A stretch of 62,937 nucleotides of DNA from Octopus bimaculoides (taxonomy: Eukaryota): the NCBI RefSeq assembly GCF_001194135.2, contig NC_068983.1, positions 167,559,501 through 167,622,437 of the forward strand, given 5' to 3'. Of this stretch, positions 24,455 to 36,791 are shown one piece after another. The notes under the pieces are model-generated. The model saw only the letters and a list, made by a program, of their open reading frames with translations. It was not told the origin of the DNA and did no database searches. How positions within the stretch are numbered: the stretch's first letter is position 1; every line of letters begins with the position of its first letter. Made by a program: the position numbers and the translations under genes.

Positions 24455-25208
24455 ATTCCTGTGGGACAGCTTGCTGAGTGCCACAGACCAAATCTGTGGT
24501 TGGTGCAAAGTCCCTTCCAGATGTAGGGTAACGTGGTGGTGGAACAATACCATAGACAGGGTCACTAGAGTAAAGAAACAGGCCTGGAACACCTGGAAGA
24601 GTAGGGGCAGCAGGGAACTGCATCAGATAACCAGAAGGGAATCTAAGAGACAGGTATACATAACCAAGGGAGAAGCAGAAAAGAAGAAATTTGTTTATGT
24701 TCAGTGTCGTGAGGACCAATGAACTGAAGTATTTCGGATTGCAAGACAGTGTGTAAGAGAAAATTGTGATGTCATAGGGGAGAAGTGTGTCCACATGGAT
24801 GATGGTGCACTTGCTTTTAATGAGTCTGCGAAAAAAGTGGCTTGAAGATGCCATTATGAAAGACTGCTGAACATGGGGAATGAATGGGAGGAGGAATGTC
24901 TGCCAAATGTTGACCCAGTAGAGGGACCAGCTATCTGAATAGACAGCTCCCTTGTAGATAAAGCAATTAAGGGTATGAAGCCAGGAAAAGCCCCTGGCCC
25001 ATCAGGAATCACTGCTGAGATGCTTAGAACATCTGGTGGTGTGGGCTATGGCCTAGTCACCCGTATTGTAGATTAGGTAGTTTCTGAAGGATTCATACCC
25101 AATGACTGGTGTAGCAGCACCATAGTCAACTGCTACAAAGGTAAAGGTAATGCCTTGGATAGAAATAATTACAGAGGTATCAAATTGTTGGATCAGGTGA
25201 TGAAAGTT
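24455..25208 (+). mobile_element. RTE-type LINE internal fragment in DERA intron 5
   Basis: LSATDQICGWCKVPSRCRVTWWWN...KAPGPSGITAEML...NCYKGKG, ending at a (TA)n run. Confidence 0.88.
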
Positions 25209-25755
25209 GATATATATATATATATATAAACAAATTAAAGTATTTAGCATCTAAATTCGGCAGGGAATTTATCAGCAGGTAGTTTAGCTTAATCACTTTA
25301 GTAAATCACTCAGCTGGAGTCTTTGGGGGATATGGGTTCAAGTTCCATGGCTGGTTGTTGGCAAATTTTTCCACCTGATAAAGGTAATTTACTCAATATT
25401 CCTGCTGTTCTAATGGTGTTTCTGTATTCAAAAATAATTATCATCTTATCTGTATATCTATATCATACATGGGTCATTGCCAGTGCTGCCTGACTGGCTC
25501 CCTGTGCCAGTGGTACGTAAAAAAGCACCATTAGGTTCATGCAAACGTGGAAGAGGACATTGAAATAGCTAAGAGGATGATGATGATGATGTTTATTTAA
25601 AAATGTAATCCAAGGTAGCTATGTACAATATTTTGCGAGGTTTCCCTCAATTCAATTGCTTGCTATAAACAGTGGAAACTTGCAAATCATGAGAAACAAG
25701 ACTTTACTTACAGGATATTTATTTTGAATTTGTTTCTTTTATTTCATATTTTCAG

Positions 25756-25884
25756 GTGTCTATTCTGAGGTGAAACAGATGAAAGAAGCTTGTGGAGATG
25801 CTCACCTGAAAGCCATCTTAGCTGTTGGAGAACTTGGAAGTATGGTTAATGTTTATAAAGCATCTGTAGTCTGCATGATGGCAG
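25756..25884 (+). CDS. DERA: DERA exon 6 (GVYSEVKQMKEACGDAHLKAILAVGELGSMVNVYKASVVCMMA)
   Basis: Acceptor TTTCAG, donor CAG|GTATGG, 129 nt. HLK.IL..GEL motif. Confidence 0.97.
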
Positions 25885-26365
25885 GTATGGTTGTTGTTGT
25901 TGTTTGTTTTTTTTGTTTTTTTGTTAATATACCAACATTTAAAATATTGGGTTGTCAGAAAAATCTGTTTGTTTCATTTTCTACTTGGCAATGCCATTGT
26001 TACCTTTTTGGAAAAAGATAAAAATTTATTCAAGTTTCAAAACTGATTAACAAAAGTTGTGGAGAAAGAACAGAGCTACAAAAAAAAAAAATAATAAATA
26101 AGAAAACAAAACACTATCATAAAAATATTTTTCATGTTAATTCAAATAACATTGGAAAGGATTAAATTAAATGGTAAAAGAAAGAAAATGAATAAATTTA
26201 TGACAATTCAATATCTGTTATAGGATAAAATTGCCATTTGTTGTTGGCATATAAATTTTCTTGCTAATACTTAATGGTCTCGTTAGTAGTATACCTGCCA
26301 TTGTTGTTGTTGTTGTTCATAAATTTAAGATTCTCACAGGGTTACCATCTTTCTTGTTATCACAG

Positions 26366-26478
26366 GAAGTGATTTTATCAAGACTTCAACTGGTAAAGAA
26401 AGTGTGAATGCTACTTTCCCAGTAGGGATTGTGATGGCCAGAGCAATCCGAGACTATTACAAAAAAACTGGATACAAG
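26366..26478 (+). CDS. DERA: DERA exon 7 (GSDFIKTSTGKESVNATFPVGIVMARAIRDYYKKTGYK), GC donor
   Basis: Acceptor CACAG. Contains DFIKTSTGK with the Schiff-base lysine. 113 nt, ending AAG|GCAAGA, with no GT before the in-frame stop. Confidence 0.93.
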
Positions 26479-29161
26479 GCAAGAAAAAGAAATTACTTTT
26501 TTTTTTATTAATATTCAAATAAATCTTTCTTTTTTATCCTATAATATTGAAAATTTTTGATGAACAAAGACTTCTTGTCATCATCAGAATTGGCCCATTT
26601 AAAAGTACCCCTCCCCACAAATTACTGCCCTTGTGGCAAACTTTGAAACTATTTTTATTGTTGTTGTTGTTGTTAGGGCTGTGGATTGGTAGAGTTGTTA
26701 AAGCATTGGAGAAAATACTCGAATTCTCTTTCTTTTGAATCTAGATGTTTTAAGTTCAAATCCTGCTATAGTCGACTTTGCCTTTCACTTTTTCAGGGTC
26801 ACTTATTATTAAGGTCCTAAGACAATATGCTGGGTTTGACTTTGCCTTTCATCTCTCCAAGATTGAGATGTCCCACTCATACCAGCATGGCAGATGCTTG
26901 TTAAATGATGATTGAATCTGTTGTCTTCTTTCTTAAGAATACGTAGCTTTTGTACCCCTCTCAACCCTTGGCACTGCTCTCAATCAAGGGGTCTTGCCTT
27001 GCAAGCTACTTGGTAATTTCATTAGTGCTGGCTCCACGTATAAAAGTACCCAGTACAGGGGTTGTGAAGTGGTTGTCCTTAAGAAGGGCACCCAGTTGTA
27101 GAAACTTGGCCAAAGAAGACACTGGAACTTAACACAGACTTGTTGGGTCCTGTCAAACCATCCAACCTCTGCCAGAATGGACTAAAGATGCTGAATCATC
27201 ATCATCACTTAATGTCCATTCTCCATGCTGGCATGGGTTGGACGGTTTTACTGGAGATGATAAGTCAAGGAGTTTGCACCAGGCTCCAAAGAATGATGAT
27301 GCATTTTACCTACCTGTCTACGTTTTGTGTTACTCTCCAGAAATTTTATTTGACAAATGAAATCTGGACATGCAAAAATTTTATATTTTGATCTCAGTGG
27401 GATTTAAATATGGAATATAATTTGAATAAATATCGAAAGGTATTTTCTTGCAGTGCTGTAACAGTTGCACTTGCTCACTGCCTTAAATAATAAAATGATA
27501 CCTCCCGATGTATCTGCTGTTTGTGTCAGACTCCAGAAATTTGATTTAAAGGAAGAAACTTTTTACATAAAAAAATGTTTTTATGAAAGGAATGGTATTC
27601 ATTTCAGTGAGACATTTAGATAAGAAAAATATGTTTTTGTTTACAAACAAATGCAATAAGAAACCATAGATGCAATAATGAATGAAAGAAAGTTTTAAAA
27701 AAAAAACAAACAAACCACGTAGCTAGTGTGTGTGTGTTTCTGTTTCTGTTATAAGTTTCACTCATTTAACCAGAATTGATGTCTTTGATTGGTACTTTTA
27801 TTGATCTTTGAAATGAATCCGTATGAGTTTTGAACTGAGATATTGTAACAAAATTCAATGAAGTACTTTGTCTGAGACCAGTTCTGCCATCCACTTATAA
27901 ATATGTAATCATTGTGAGGGACAGACTGACAGAAATGGAAGCCATCTCATATGGCAGTGGTCAGCCTTTGAAATGAATCCTTGGAAGGCTCCATAGAAGT
28001 AGTTGGTAGCTGAGGTTAGAGACAAAGGGATTCTCTCTTTGAGTGAGAGGTAGATTCTAAATATGTTGTTGGATGTTAGCAGATTGAAGGGATGTGCGAA
28101 GACTGAGCTTTCTTTGTTGGATATGTAATGATTGGGTGAAAGAGGAATTAGATGTGCAAACAAGAAGCTAATTGGTGGCCTAGTGGTTAGGTTGTTGCAT
28201 TCATTATTGCAAGATTCTAGTTTCAGTTCCTATACCGGGTTGTGCATTGTATTCTTGAGCAAAACACTTCACTTCATGTCGCTCTGTGATCACTTCGACA
28301 TCTGACATGTGGCACACTATGCCACATGTCGTGTTGATGGAGGAGGGAGTGAGCTAACATTTGATTATTATAAAGAAGATCATTTTGTGCAGTTTGTTGA
28401 TGAAGAAGTTGCTCCGAGTAGAGAAAAAAATGTTGGGTGAAAAAGTACCAAATAGAAAGAACCTGTTTAAAAGAGAGGAAAACATGAGTTGAAATGGTGA
28501 AAGCTGATCTCAGGCAACAGAGCCTTCGAAAGGCAATGAAAAGTGACTACAAAAAGAGGGAAAACAGTGTGTTGCAGAAGGGCCCCATTCAACTGATGGA
28601 ATCATGGGGAAACAGGTTTAAAAATTAGGATCGTGATGCAGACGGAACTGGGTGATTGAGAAATTTCCTTCCCAACCTCCTGGTTTCCGGTTCAGTCCCA
28701 CTGCGCAGCTCCTTGGGCAAGTGTCATCTACTGTAGACCCAGGCCAAACAAAGTCTTGTGAATGAATTTGGTTGATGAAAACTTAAAGAGACCCATCATT
28801 TGTTTGTATATATGTATATAAGCATATCCATGTCTTGATTCCACACCATAGTTGGAAATAAGCATCGCTGCCATACAGGCAGTGTCCTTCATTTCCAAAT
28901 TTCCATGGAAACACGTGGCCAGGAAGAAACTTTACCTTGCTTGGAAACAGGTGAGACTTGGTGACAGAAAGAGCATCCAGCCATAGATAAGTCTACCTCA
29001 ACAAATGAGAACATGGAAAAGTGGACATTAAAAAACAATGATGATCATTTAGAAGTATTTCTATTGCAAGTGTGTCTAATAATTTGAGATTTGAATAAGT
29101 TAAAAGATGTATTTATATTTTAATCATTTAGTTTACATTATTTTTTCTTCCTATATTACAG

Positions 29162-29368
29162 GTTGGTTTCAAAGCAGCTGGTGGTATTCATTCTGCCAAA
29201 GATGCTTGTACATGGCTCTCACTAATGAAAGAAGAACTTGGAGACGAATGGACAAAGCCTCATTTATTCAGAATCGGTGCCTCTTCCCTTTTGGGTGACA
29301 TTGAAAGGCAAATTTTCCATCATGTTACTGGTCGTTATGCAGCTGCTTTTGAACTGCCATCAGCTTAA
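29162..29368 (+). CDS. DERA: DERA terminal coding exon (VGFKAAGGIHSAKDA...FRIGASSLLGDIERQIFHHVTGRYAAAFELPSA*)
   Basis: Acceptor TTACAG. GFK.AGG and FRIGAS motifs. TAA at 29366-29368. Total CDS 960 nt = 319 aa. Confidence 0.97.
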   Translation, partial: VGFKAAGGIHSAKDACTWLSLMKEELGDEWTKPHLFRIGASSLLGDIERQIFHHVTGRYAAAFELPSA

Positions 29369-29582
29369 ACCTATTAATCAACCATCACAAAGGTCTTATT
29401 GAAGTCTGTTGATACGAAGCCATAGATTTATTTTTATATATCCATGATTCATTACTGGCTGTATTTAGTATTTTGCTGCAGACACACATGCACACACTCT
29501 TTTCAAAGATTGTATTTGTTTTTATATAGCTCTTTATGTTAAATTTAAATATTTTTACAAAAAAGAAAAAAAAAAAAAATTA

Positions 29583-29588
29583 AATAAA
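29583..29588 (+). terminator. Candidate polyadenylation signal of DERA (AATAAA)
   Basis: First canonical hexamer about 215 nt after the stop codon. Confidence 0.5.
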
Positions 29589-30009
29589 TATTACAGTTTT
29601 TACCTCTGCTAATTAATGTTCATTAATTATTGATGATTTTCCAAACTTTACCATGAAAGATCATTTTAGAATGAAGAAAATTTATGCTGATATATTTTAT
29701 GCAGGAACCATTAAAAAGCTTTGCTCTTTATTCCTCTTGTACTGCTACTTACTACATCTGCCTTCCCAAACCATTTCTTTTACATTCTCCCCACCTTACT
29801 GCTATTTACCATTGACCCCCCCTTCCACCCTTGTACACTATTCATTACATTAATGAATGGATGGTTTGACAGGATCTGATAGGTTGGAGGACTGCATTGT
29901 GCTCTTGTATCTGCTTTGGCATGGTTTCTATGGTTGAACACTCTTCCTACCATCGACCGCTTTACAGAAAGTAATGGATGCTTTTGTATTTGTAGCACCA
30001 GCACGAGAT

Positions 30010-32785
30010 TTAGAAACATATTACTCAAAGCTTTTGACAAAATAGAGGAGGATAAAGCATCACATAATGGGGAAGATAATTGGAGGTTTCTACGGGACAA
30101 CCTGCTGAGGGCCACTGACCAGATCTGTGGATGGAGCAAAGTCCCCTCTCAACCCAAGGTAACATGGTGGTGGAACAATGTAGTTGACAGGGCCATTAGA
30201 CAAAAGAAGCAGGCTTGGAAAGACTGGAAGAACGGTGGTAGNNNNNNNNNNNNNNNNNNNNNNNNNNNNNNNNNNNNNNNAGATACGAAAAAAATTGCTA
30301 ATGTTCTGCGTCATGAGGACCAAAGACTTGAAGTGTTTTGTGTTGCAAGACAGTGTGTGAGAGGGAATCGTAATGTCATAGGAGAGAAATGTGTCTGCAT
30401 GGATAATGGCTCACTTGCATTTAACGAGACTGCAAGGAGAGAGACTTGGAGATGCCACTATGAAAGATTGCTAAATGAAGAGAATGAATGGGAGAAAGAG
30501 AGTCTGCCGAATGCCAACCCAACAGAGGGACCAGCTATCCGAATTGACAGTACTTTGGTAGATAAAGCAATTAAGAGTATGAAGACAGGGAAAGCCCTTG
30601 GCTCATCAGGAATCACTGCAGAGATGCTTAAAATATCTGGTGGTGTCAGCTATAGTCTAGTCACCCATATAGTCAACCAGATGATACATGAAGGAATCAA
30701 ACCCAATGACTGGTGTAGCAGGACCATAGTCAACTGCTACAAAGGTAAAGGGTTAGGGTTAGGGTTTAGATACAAATAATTACAGAGGTATCAAGTTGTT
30801 GGAACAGGTAATGAAGGTCATGGAGAGGGTCATAGCCCAACTAATTAGGGAGAGAGTCAGTTTAGATGAGATGCAGTTTGGGTTCGTGCCAGGGAAAAGC
30901 ACCACTGATGCTATATTTCTGGTGAGACAGTTGCAGGAGAAATACCTAGCCAAAGATAAACCTCTGTACCTGATTTTCGTTGACATGGAGAAAGATTTTG
31001 ACAGGGTCGTCTTGATCCTTTATCTGGTGATCAATTTGGAAACTAGGGATAGATGAATGGTTAGTGAGAGCTGTACAAGCCATTTTCGGGGATGCTGTCA
31101 GTAAGGTGAGGGTTGGCAATGAGTACAGTGAAGAATTCCGGGTAGTGGTAGGGTTCCACCAAGGATCAGTCCTCAGCCCCCTCTTATCATAATCCTCCAA
31201 GTAATAACAGAGGAATTCAAGACAGGATGCCCCTTGGAGCTTCTCTATGCTAATGACCTTGCTCTAATAGCTGAGTCACTATCAGAACTAGAGGAGAAGT
31301 TTCCAGTGTGGAAGCAAAGATTAGAATCAAAGGGCCTTAGAGTCGACCTAGCAGAAATCAAAGTCTTAATAAGTAAGAAGGCAAACAAACTAAAAATCCC
31401 TTCAAGTAGATTGCCCTGCTTGATCTGTAGAAAAAGTGTAGGTAGAAACTCCAGATGTATCCAGTGTGAGCTATGGACACATAAGAGGTGCAGCAATACC
31501 AAAGGAAGGCTAACTGGGAAGATAGTTTTTGTATGAGGCAGATATTCAGGAGCAATAAACACTGAAAATGTGCAGAAAACAACTTCTGCCACATTCCAGG
31601 GAGAAAAGCTAGAAGTAGTTGATAGCTTCCGTTACCTCGGGGACCAAGTCAGTAGTGGGGGGAGGGTGCACTGAAACTAGCTGCTAGAATAAGAATAGCC
31701 TGGGCAAAGTTCAGAGAACTCTTACCTCTGCTGGTGACAAAGGGCCTCTCGCTCAGAGTAAAAAGTAGACTGTATGACGCATGTGTACGAACAGCCATGC
31801 TACATGGCAGTGAAACTTGGGCCGTGACTGCTGAGGACATGCATAAGCTCACAAGGAATGAAGCCAGTATGCTCCGCTGGATGTGTAATGTCAGTGTGCA
31901 TACACGACAGTGTAAGCGCCCTGAGAGAAATATTGGACATAAGAAGCGTCAGATGTGGTGTGCAAGACTGTGTTGGTATGGTCATGTGTCGCGCAAGGAT
32001 GAGGACAGCAGTGTGAAAAAGTGTTACACCCTAGCAGTTGAGAGAACTTGTGGAAGAGGAGGACTTGGGATGAGATGGTGAAGTACGACCTTCGAACATT
32101 GGGCCTCACCGAGGCAATGACAAGTGACTGAGACCTTTGGAGATATGCTGTGCTTGAGAGGACCCAGTAAGCCAAGTGAGACCATAACCATGGCTTATGC
32201 CAGTGCTGTATAACCGGCCCATTTAAGAGTACCCTTCAATCATTGGACAATAAACTATGCTTGCGAAGACCTATTGAGGCAAGTGAAATCGTTGTTGTGG
32301 CTGATGACAATACCACCTGATTGGCACCTGTGCCAGTGGATTGTTAAAAGCACCATTCAAGTGTGATCACTGCCAGGGCTGCTGACTGGCTCCCATTCCG
32401 GTGGCACATAAAAAGTACCATTCGAGTGTGATCATTGCATGTGTCGCATGACTGGGTCTTGTTGAGGTGGCACATAAAAAGCACCATTCAAGCGTGGTTG
32501 TTGCCAGTGCTGTTAGACTGGCTCCTGTGCAGGTGGCACGTAAAAAGTACCATTTGAGCGTGGTCGATGCCAGTACTGCCTGACTGGCCTTCGTGTCGGT
32601 GGAACGTAAAAACACCCACTACACTGTCGGATTGGTTGGCATTAGGAAGGGCATCCAGCTGTAGAAACTGCCAAATCAGACTGGAGCCTGGTGCAGCTTT
32701 CTGGCTCGCCAGTCCTCAGTCAAAGTGTCCAACCCATACCAGCATGGAAAGCAGAAGTTAAACGACCTCGATGATGATGATGATG
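30010..32785 (+). mobile_element. Longest RTE-type LINE copy (~2.8 kb), frameshifted, with 66-bp-repeat 3'UTR and (GAT)n tail
   Basis: ORF fragments 29916-30779, 30796-31056, 31234-31536 and 31734-32081 carry successive RT motifs. The tail ends at ~32785. Confidence 0.93.
32336..32620 (+). repeat. 66-bp tandem array in the LINE 3'UTR
   Basis: TGGCAC(G/A)TAAAAAG(C/T)ACCATT at 32402, 32468 and 32534, with a variant TGGAACGTAAAAACACC at 32600 (exact 66-bp period). Confidence 0.9.
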
Positions 32786-34734
32786 ATATATATATATATA
32801 TATATATCAAACATAAATTGAAAACAGAATACAAAGGATATCGCGGTACATNNNNNNNNNNNNNNNNNNNNNNNNNNNNNNNNNNNNNNNNNNNNNNNNN
32901 NNNNNNNNNNNNNNNNNNNNNNNNNNNNNNNNNNNNNNNNNNNNNNNNNNNNNNNNNNNNNNNNNNNNNNNNNNNNNNNNNNNNNNNNNNNNNNNNNNNN
33001 NNNNNNNNNNNNNNNNNNNNNNNNNNNNNNNNNNNNNNNNNNNNNNNNNNNNNNNNNNNNNNNNNNNNNNNNNNNNNNNNNNNNNNNNNNNNNNNGGTGA
33101 TTCATCAGAGCTGTAGGCCTGGTGGATATAACCGTGTACTAATGGAGATGCGAGTATGGTCTTGTTCATCCAGGGTTGTGAGAAAGAAAAAAAAACGGAA
33201 TGAAATTTTTTTGAAGTGAAAACTGCTTCTGAGCAAGATGGTGTTATCTCCCTTAGACCGGTTCGAGTTGCATCTGAAGAGTCAGTCTTTGTATGGTTTC
33301 TGTTCACTAGTCAGCAAGCAGAGAAGTCCATGTCTCTACAGCGACCACATAAAATATTACAGCTTCAAAAATTATCTTGAATGTTTTTTTTTTAGTTATG
33401 AACAACTGACCGATTATATATATATATATATATCAAACATAAATTGAAAACAGAATACAAAGGATATCGCGGTACATGTGTTTCAAGCTTTACAAACAAT
33501 CTGCTATTACATCACCATAGGTATATTATTGATATAAAAGATGGATTAAAGCTCTCTTCAGCTGCAAACATTGTTAGTCCAAAGATTACATCACAAAAGA
33601 AAAAGTACACGTAGTATTACCCATTATAATAGGTTTATCACATCCTTTTGAAAAGGTATATTTGTAAAAAGGTTCGTTGGATTTCAAAACTCTGCCCAAA
33701 CTGTACCACTATTCAGCATAGAGTGAATGTTAAATAGATTGGATTGAGTTTATATTTAACTACAGTGTATAAGATAGAAAGAGAAGACAAAAGGTAAAAA
33801 ATAAAATAAAAGTAATAGAGGTAAAAACAAGAGTAATAAAAGTAAAAATAAGGATAATAAAGTTAGATACACATATAAATAAGATTTAGCAAAATTGGAA
33901 TAAAGTAACAAAAGAAATAAAGTAGAATAAGAGATAAGATAGAGCTGAGAAGAGGATGTTGGCTTGGATGAGACGGCAGTGGTCATAAATAATTTCTTAG
34001 TTTGACCACTCGTTGAATTATAGATTAGGGTTGTAATTTGATATCATTGTGATGAATGGTCAGTTTACCTAAACACACCACTAAAAATTCCTAGCTTTAT
34101 AAACTTCTCTATTTACATGGGTCCATACACTTACTTAGAAGTCATAGTATATATGTGTGTATACACACGCATTCATAGATACATACGCTAACATACTCGA
34201 GCGTATCCAAGTACGCCTCGTTACACACAGCTCCAAATACATGAATATACACATACATCTCCACACATATCTACAGTTACACCCTCTTGTAACCATATAC
34301 ATACACTCACACATCCACAAGCACACGTACAGATATATCTCCATGTATAGTATCCGCATACACGCACGCACGTCCATCCATGTATACACACATACAATAC
34401 ACCTTACAGGTGTACATCTTGTTTTTGAGTACGTAACAGTTATATTGAATATATTATTCTCAATAGATTGAGTTACATATATTTAAAAAAAAGGTTTTTA
34501 GATCTGTCTATGACAAATCCAATAGGTCTGGTATTAGGTAACAACAAGTTGAAATGAGGGATGATCGATAAGGGAAATTATTCAAAAAGAAAAGAAATAA
34601 ATATAAGTGATGAAAGGGAGCAGCAAATGAAGAATAAGTGAAATAATTGATAGAGAGAGAGAGATAAGGTTCTATAGGAATAGGGTTTTACAAGAATCAT
34701 TAAAAAAAAAATAATAGTGAAAGAGCATATATAT

Positions 34735-34924
34735 TTTTTTTTGTTTCAGTCATTTGACTGTGGCCATGCTGGAGCACCGCCTTTAGTCGAACAAATCGAC
34801 CCCACAACTTATTCTTTGTAAGCCTAGTACTTATTCTATCGCACTATCTTGCCAAACCGCTTAGTGACGAGGATGTAAACACACCAGCATCGGTTGTCAA
34901 GCGATGGTGGGAGGACAAACACAT

Positions 34925-35012
<88 letters not shown>

Positions 35013-35165
35013 GACGGGCTTCTTTCAGTTTCCGTCGTCCAAATCTACTCACAAGGCTTTGGTCGGCCCGACCAAGTAGAAGACACTTGCCCAAGGTGCC
35101 ACGCAGTAGAACTGAACCCAGAGCCATGTGGTTGGTAAGCAAGCTACTTACCACACAGTCACGCC
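34735..35165 (-). mobile_element. tRNA-derived SINE, near full-length, with internal (CA)/(TA)n
   Basis: The minus-strand head GACTGTGTGGTAAGTAGCTTGCTTACCAACCACATGGCTCTGGGTTCAGTTCTACTGCG has A-box and B-box-like motifs. It resembles the octopus OK/OR SINE group; the exact family is not assigned. Confidence 0.85.
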
Positions 35166-35859
35166 TTAGCTCTCCTGAAATAAGAATTTCTAACTTCCGG
35201 TCAGTCATTGTTATGATCGGCCATTATTATGATTGACCGTTGACTGAACACTATTNNNNNNNNNNNNNNNNNNNNNNNNNNNNNNNNNNNNNNNNNNNNN
35301 NNNNNNNNNNNNNNNNNNNNNNNNNNNNNNNNNNNNNNNNNNNNNNNNNNNNNNNNNNNNNNNNNNNNNNNNNNNNNNNNNNNNNNNNNNNNNNNNNNNN
35401 NNNNNNNNNNNNNNNNNNNNNNNNNNNNNNNNNNNNNNNNNNNNNNNNNNNNNNNNNNNNNNNNNNNNNNNNNNNNNNNNNNNNNNNNNNNNNNNNNNNN
35501 NNNNNNNNNNNNNNNNNNNNNNNNNNNNNNNNNNNNNNNNNNNNNNNNNNNNNNNNNNNNNNNNNNNNNNNNNNNNNNNNNNNNNNNNNNNNNNNNNNNN
35601 NNNNNNNNNNNNNNNNNNNNNNNNNNNNNNNNNNNNNNNNNNNNNNNNNNNNNNNNNNNNNNNNNNNNNNNNNNNNNNNNNNNNNNNNNNNNNNNNNNNN
35701 NNNNNNNNNNNNNNNNNNNNNNNNNNNNNNNNNNNNNNNNNNNNNNNNNNNNNNNNNNNNNNNNNNNNNNNNNNNNNNNNNNNNNNNNNNNNNNNNNNNN
35801 NNNNNNNNNNNNNNNNNNNNNNNNNNNNNNNNNNNNNNNTATATATATATATATATATC

Positions 35860-36235
35860 CACCCACAGGAGAAGCTGTGTGGTAAGAAGCTTGCTTCTCA
35901 ACCATATGGGTCTCGGTTCAGTCCCACTGTGTAGCATCTTGGGCAATCTGCTAAAGCCTCACGTCGACCAAACCCCTGTGAATGGATTTGATAGACGGAA
36001 ACTGAAAGAAGCCTGTCGTGTATATATATATGTTTGTGTGTCTGTGTTTGTCCCCTCACCATTGCTTAATAAGAGATGTTGGTGTGTTTATGTCCTTGTA
36101 ACTTAGTGTTTTGGTACAAGAGAATGATAGAATAAGTACTAGGCTTACAAAGAATAAGTCTTGGTGTCGATTTGCTCAACTAAAGGCGGTTCTCTGACAT
36201 GGCCACTGTCAAATGACTGAAACAAGTAAAAGAGT
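35860..36235 (+). mobile_element. tRNA-derived SINE, same family as 34735-35165, opposite orientation
   Basis: GCTGTGTGGTAAGAAGCTTGCTTCTCAACCATATGGGTCTCGGTTCAGTCCCACTG...ACTGAAACAAGTAAAAGA. Further heads of this family occur at ~24270, ~28650, ~43210-43375(-), ~49600-49770(-) and ~59670. Confidence 0.8.
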
Positions 36236-36299
36236 AATATATATATATATATGTATATGATCATTGCTCCTATCAGTTTCGACATGTAAATGTTTGAAG

Positions 36300-36690
36300 G
36301 AGAAGCTGCATCTATTTGTGTTAGATGCATGAATATAATTTGAGTCCGGGAATGGATTTTGCTATGAAGTTGCAGTGGAGACATTGATGAATTTTATTTT
36401 GCCTAGGATTGGACAAATGTGTCTGTTGGTTGCAGGATATAGTTCTTCTAAACCTGAACTTCCTGATAAAATGATAAGGGCAATCGTATCCTTGCATAAA
36501 GGAACAATGGCAACAGTGATATCTTGTAGTAAATGTTCAGAGGCATTTTCTGTTGTCACTTGAATCCAACAGGGATGTGTTTTAGCTCCAGTACTTTTTT
36601 CCATATTCTTTTCAGTGATGCTCCAACATGCTTTCAGGGTTTACCATGAAGGTTTAAAGTTCCGGTTTTACACAGAAAGTCTGTTAAACC
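36300..36690 (+). mobile_element. BovB-like RTE RT fragment
   Basis: PDKMIRAIVSLHKGTMATV...FSV...QQGCVLAPVLFSIFFSVML. Confidence 0.7.
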
Positions 36691-36791
36691 TGAAAGGGCA
36701 AAATTTGGGGAGCGCTGCTATGTTGCTATTAATATTAGAACCATGAGATATAATGATTACATTGCTAATTAATTTGAGCAAAGTATGGCTA

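Noticed and set aside
29559-29579. A-rich run after the DERA stop suggesting a retrocopy tail
   Set aside because: DERA here has seven introns. This is a genomic A-tract in the 3'UTR and a possible internal-priming artefact site.
32336-32620. CRISPR-like periodic array (also 51320-51590)
   Set aside because: The 'spacers' are homologous to each other, the array is part of a LINE 3'UTR in a eukaryotic genome, and there are no cas genes.
32788-33476. ~60-bp sequence (TATATCAAACATAAATTG...CGCGGTACAT) repeated before the gap and at ~33416-33476
   Set aside because: It is adjacent to an N gap and anchored on (TA)n. Mis-scaffolding or haplotype duplication is more likely than a real repeat, and long reads are needed.
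33756-34471. ORFs of 76-104 aa in purine-rich and (TACA)-like sequence (also 47683-48255)
   Set aside because: Low-complexity, degenerate microsatellite-derived sequence with no homology or splice support.
35100-35165. tRNA-like A/B boxes (also ~28180, ~35870, ~39345)
   Set aside because: They are SINE heads followed by family body sequence, with no cloverleaf or acceptor stem, so not tRNA genes.
1848-35946. Long ORF-track entries containing X runs or (YI)n/(ER)n/(SL)n
   Set aside because: They stay open only because of N gaps and microsatellites.
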